From contig CAVSDR010000006.1 in assembly GCA_963726745.1 (NCBI GenBank), forward strand, positions 544,001-608,000: a stretch of DNA of 64,000 bases. The letters are read 5' to 3'. Below the pieces are notes generated by a model. That model had not been told where the DNA came from, did no database searches, and saw only the letters and a program-made list of their open reading frames with translations. Positions 61,684 to 64,000 of the stretch are shown here, one piece after another. The translations under genes were made by a program, and so were the position numbers. The stretch comes from an uncultured Verrucomicrobiae bacterium (GTDB lineage Bacteria; Verrucomicrobiota; Verrucomicrobiia; Chthoniobacterales; UBA10450). How positions within the stretch are numbered: position 1 is the first letter of the stretch; each line of letters starts with the position of its first letter.

Positions 61684-62482
61684 AAATTCATCCGACGGCG
61701 GTGGTTGATCCCGGTGCGAAATTAGACAGCGAGATCGAGATCGGCCCGTATTGCGTGCTCGGGGCCGGCGCGGTTGTCGGCGCGGGCTGCGTCCTGCAGT
61801 CGCATGTCGTCCTCGAGGGATGGTGCACCTGGGGGAGAACAACCGATTCGGACCCGGGACGGTCATTGGCGGCTGGCCGCAGGACTTGAGCTTTCAGCCA
61901 TCCACGCACAGCCGGGTGGAGATCGGGCGGAACAATGTTTTCCGCGAGCATTGCACAATTCATCGCGGGACCGCGGAGGGGAGCGCGACGACCATCGGCA
62001 ACGACAATTTCCTCATGGCCGGGGCGCACGTGGGCCACAATTGCCGGATCGGCGATGGCGTGATTATCGCGAACAATTGCCTGCTTGCCGGCTACGTGCA
62101 GATCGATGACCGCGCTTTCCTCGGCGGGGGTTCGACCTTCCATCAATTCATGCGCGTGGGCCGATTGGTGATGGTGCAGGGCAGCTCGGCGTTCGGGAAA
62201 GACATCCCGCCGTTCCTGCTCGCGGCGGAACGGAATTACGTCTTCGGCTTGAACGTGCTCGGGCTGCGGCGTGCGGGTTTCAAGGCGGAGGAGCGCGAGG
62301 AAATCAAGCGTGCCTTTAAGCTGCTTTACCGCAGCGGGCTGAATCTCCAGCAGGCGCTGGCGCAGGCCGCGGCGACGGAGTTCGGGCCAGTCGGCCGGGA
62401 GTTTTTTGAGTTCGTGGCGCAGGCGAAAAAGCGCGGGATTGTCCCCTACCGGCACGCGGACGAAGCGCGGCCTAACGAGTAA
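61680..62482 (+). CDS. lpxA: Acyl-ACP--UDP-N-acetylglucosamine O-acyltransferase; frameshift near 61820
   Basis: MKIHPTAVVD, IGGWPQDL, REHCTIHRGT, HVGHNC, HQFMRVG, GLNVLGLRRAGF. Confidence 0.92.
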
Positions 62483-63140
62483 GCGCGAGGAGCGCGAGCA
62501 TCCGGCCCGTGCGGCCTTTTTCGGCCCGGTAGGAATAATAGCCGGCAAGATCACAGGCGGTGCAGACGCCGTCGTCGTGCACTTTTCCCACGCCGCACGC
62601 GCGGAGGCTGCGGACGATCTCAGCCGCGAAATCGATCTCGTAATGCGGTGGCCGAATGCACGGGCTGAGCTGCGCCACCAGATCGGCCGGCCGCGCGCCG
62701 AAGCGGGCGCACATCAGCTCAACCGCGCGCGGCGCGATCCCAAGCTCTGTCCCTTTTTTGCCGGAATGCACCAGCCCGATGGCGTGCTGGACCGGATCGA
62801 CCAGGTAAACTGCGCAGCAATCGGCCACGTAAATCCCAAGACAAACGTCTGGCTGATTCGTGACCAGCCCGTCGCAATCTTCAAAGCAGAAGTCGTCGGC
62901 TAACGACTGATCGACCACCGCAACTTCGGCCCCATGCACCTGGCGCGCGGTGATGAAAGGCCGGCCCGCCATGCCAATGGCCCCGCGGATTTCGCGATGG
63001 ACCGCATCCAGCCGCCGCAGCGCCTCGTCCTTGTCCGCGCGCACGTCGATCTCCGGAACGCGCCGAGTAAAGGCGTGCGCAATTCCTGGCAGGGCGCGGA
63101 GCGCGGGGAATTGTTCCGCTGGAAGCGCGGCCAGGCTCAC
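62472..63140 (-). CDS. YfiH/PgeF-family (polyphenol oxidase/laccase-domain) protein
   Basis: QVHGAEV, CDGLVTN, VADCCAVYL, HSG..G, CTAC...YYSYRAEKGRTGRM. Confidence 0.88.
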   Translation of the reverse strand: MSLAALPAEQFPALRALPGIAHAFTRRVPEIDVRADKDEALRRLDAVHREIRGAIGMAGRPFITARQVHGAEVAVVDQSLADDFCFEDCDGLVTNQPDVCLGIYVADCCAVYLVDPVQHAIGLVHSGKKGTELGIAPRAVELMCARFGARPADLVAQLSPCIRPPHYEIDFAAEIVRSLRACGVGKVHDDGVCTACDLAGYYSYRAEKGRTGRMLALLALTR

Positions 63141-64000
63141 CGGGCCGGCTGGCGCGTGCCCGCGTGGTTCAACGGCAGCGGCGTGGGCTTCGGCTTCGGC
63201 GTGGGCGCGGCGTCGGTGCGCAGGCGTTTGCGGCTGGCGGGCTCGTCGAGCTGATTAGCGAAGAAGATTTCCGTGCCGGTCACGCGGGCGTATTCCGCAA
63301 GGGCGGCGTTGTAAGTGTAGAGCGCCTGCAGGGTGGTCGATTGCGCCCGCGTGACTTCGACGCGCGCATTCAAGACCTCGAGCTGCGTGCCCGCACCGGC
63401 GCCGAGGCGCGCGCCCGCAAGGCGGAGCGCTTCCTGCGCCTGCCCGACGTTCTGCTGCTGGCTACGGATCAATTCCTCGGCCTGGGTGAGGTTCGAATAG
63501 GCCTGCTGCACTTCCAATTCCACCTGCCGGACGGCGTCGTCGTAGGTCACCTTCGATTGCTCCAGCTGCGCGCGCGCCTGCTTGAGGCGGCCGTAATTCG
63601 AGCCCCAATCCCAGATGCTCCAGCTGCCGGTCGCGCCCACGGTGTAGCCGGTGCGCGCGTCGCGAATGTTCTCGCTGATCGCGTTGCTGCGGGCGTCGGT
63701 GCTGGCGACGGCATTGATCTGCGGCAGGAAAGCGGAGCGGGCCACGTTCACCTGCTGGTTTGTGCTCAGGACAGTCGCCTTCTCGCGTTTTAAGAGCGGG
63801 CGCCGCACCTTCGCGAGTTCGATCGCCTGCAGCACCGGGATCGGGTTGCCGGCGGGGGCGAGTTCGCCCACGGCTTCCAAGCGGTGGCTCATCGCCGCGC
63901 GCGGGATCGTAATCGAGTCCCATGGTCTTCGCGAGCTGGAGCATGGCGATGCGGTAGTTGTTCTTCGCGCTGATCAACTCCGGATACTGGTTTGAGAGCG
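63137..64000 (-). CDS. TolC-family outer membrane efflux protein (5' end beyond the window; frameshift near 63885)
   Basis: ARSAFLPQI, SWSIWDWG, LEVQQAY, G.GTQLEVLNAR. Confidence 0.85.

Larger units (their letters stand above)
459..62907. repeat. Dispersed motif family A: CTCGTTAGGC / GCCTAACGAG
   Basis: Exact + copies at 5263, 6071, 6713, 15330, 16174, 16916, 19149, 20710, 25978, 36822, 48867, 52107, 53527, 58155, 61419; exact - copies at 12397, 26603, 30960, 34719, 42588, 62470; many 1-2 mismatch variants. Confidence 0.9.

Noticed and set aside
1..62479. TTAGGC matches the nematode telomere repeat unit
   Set aside because: It is never tandem, always has fixed bacterial flanks, and lies in clearly bacterial genes; the match is coincidental.
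459..62907. Motifs A/B as CRISPR repeats or a tandem array
   Set aside because: They are short, dispersed, mostly inside genes, irregularly spaced, and no cas genes are present.
87..63995. Numerous long overlapping or antisense ORFs in the six-frame track
   Set aside because: They are expected in high-GC DNA with few stops; their translations are Arg/Ala/Pro-rich, motif-free and overlap well-supported genes.

Overview
GC-rich bacterial chromosome segment, densely coding and mostly housekeeping: nhaA, lolC/E, Hsp70, bcp, rpoZ, smpB, thpR, ruvA, ppk2, lpxK, thrB, acs, mnmA, mpg, secA, pyrE, sdhCAB, ispE, pyrF, radC, lpxA, plus tRNA-Pro(CGG) and tRNA-Ser(TGA). Gene content and a secreted protein with paired 'NISTR' C-terminal domains suggest Verrucomicrobia, probably Chthoniobacterales (inference). 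Many single-base frameshifts, including in essential genes, point to uncorrected assembly indels. I saw no CRISPR array, integrase or transposase. The strongest unexplained signal is at DNA level: two related short motifs, CTCGTTAGGC (21 exact copies by hand count, plus about 30 variants) and TTAGCC(A/G)GC (27 copies, extended consensus GAAATTAGCCRGCRA). They occur on both strands and in several reading frames of unrelated genes, impose rare TTA/CTA codons, supply the stop codon of about 14 genes, and once form a perfect inverted pair. This resembles a DNA uptake sequence or a genome-wide protein-binding site that I do not recognise. A separate 9-bp-periodic ACAGGAT inverted-repeat element occurs twice between genes.
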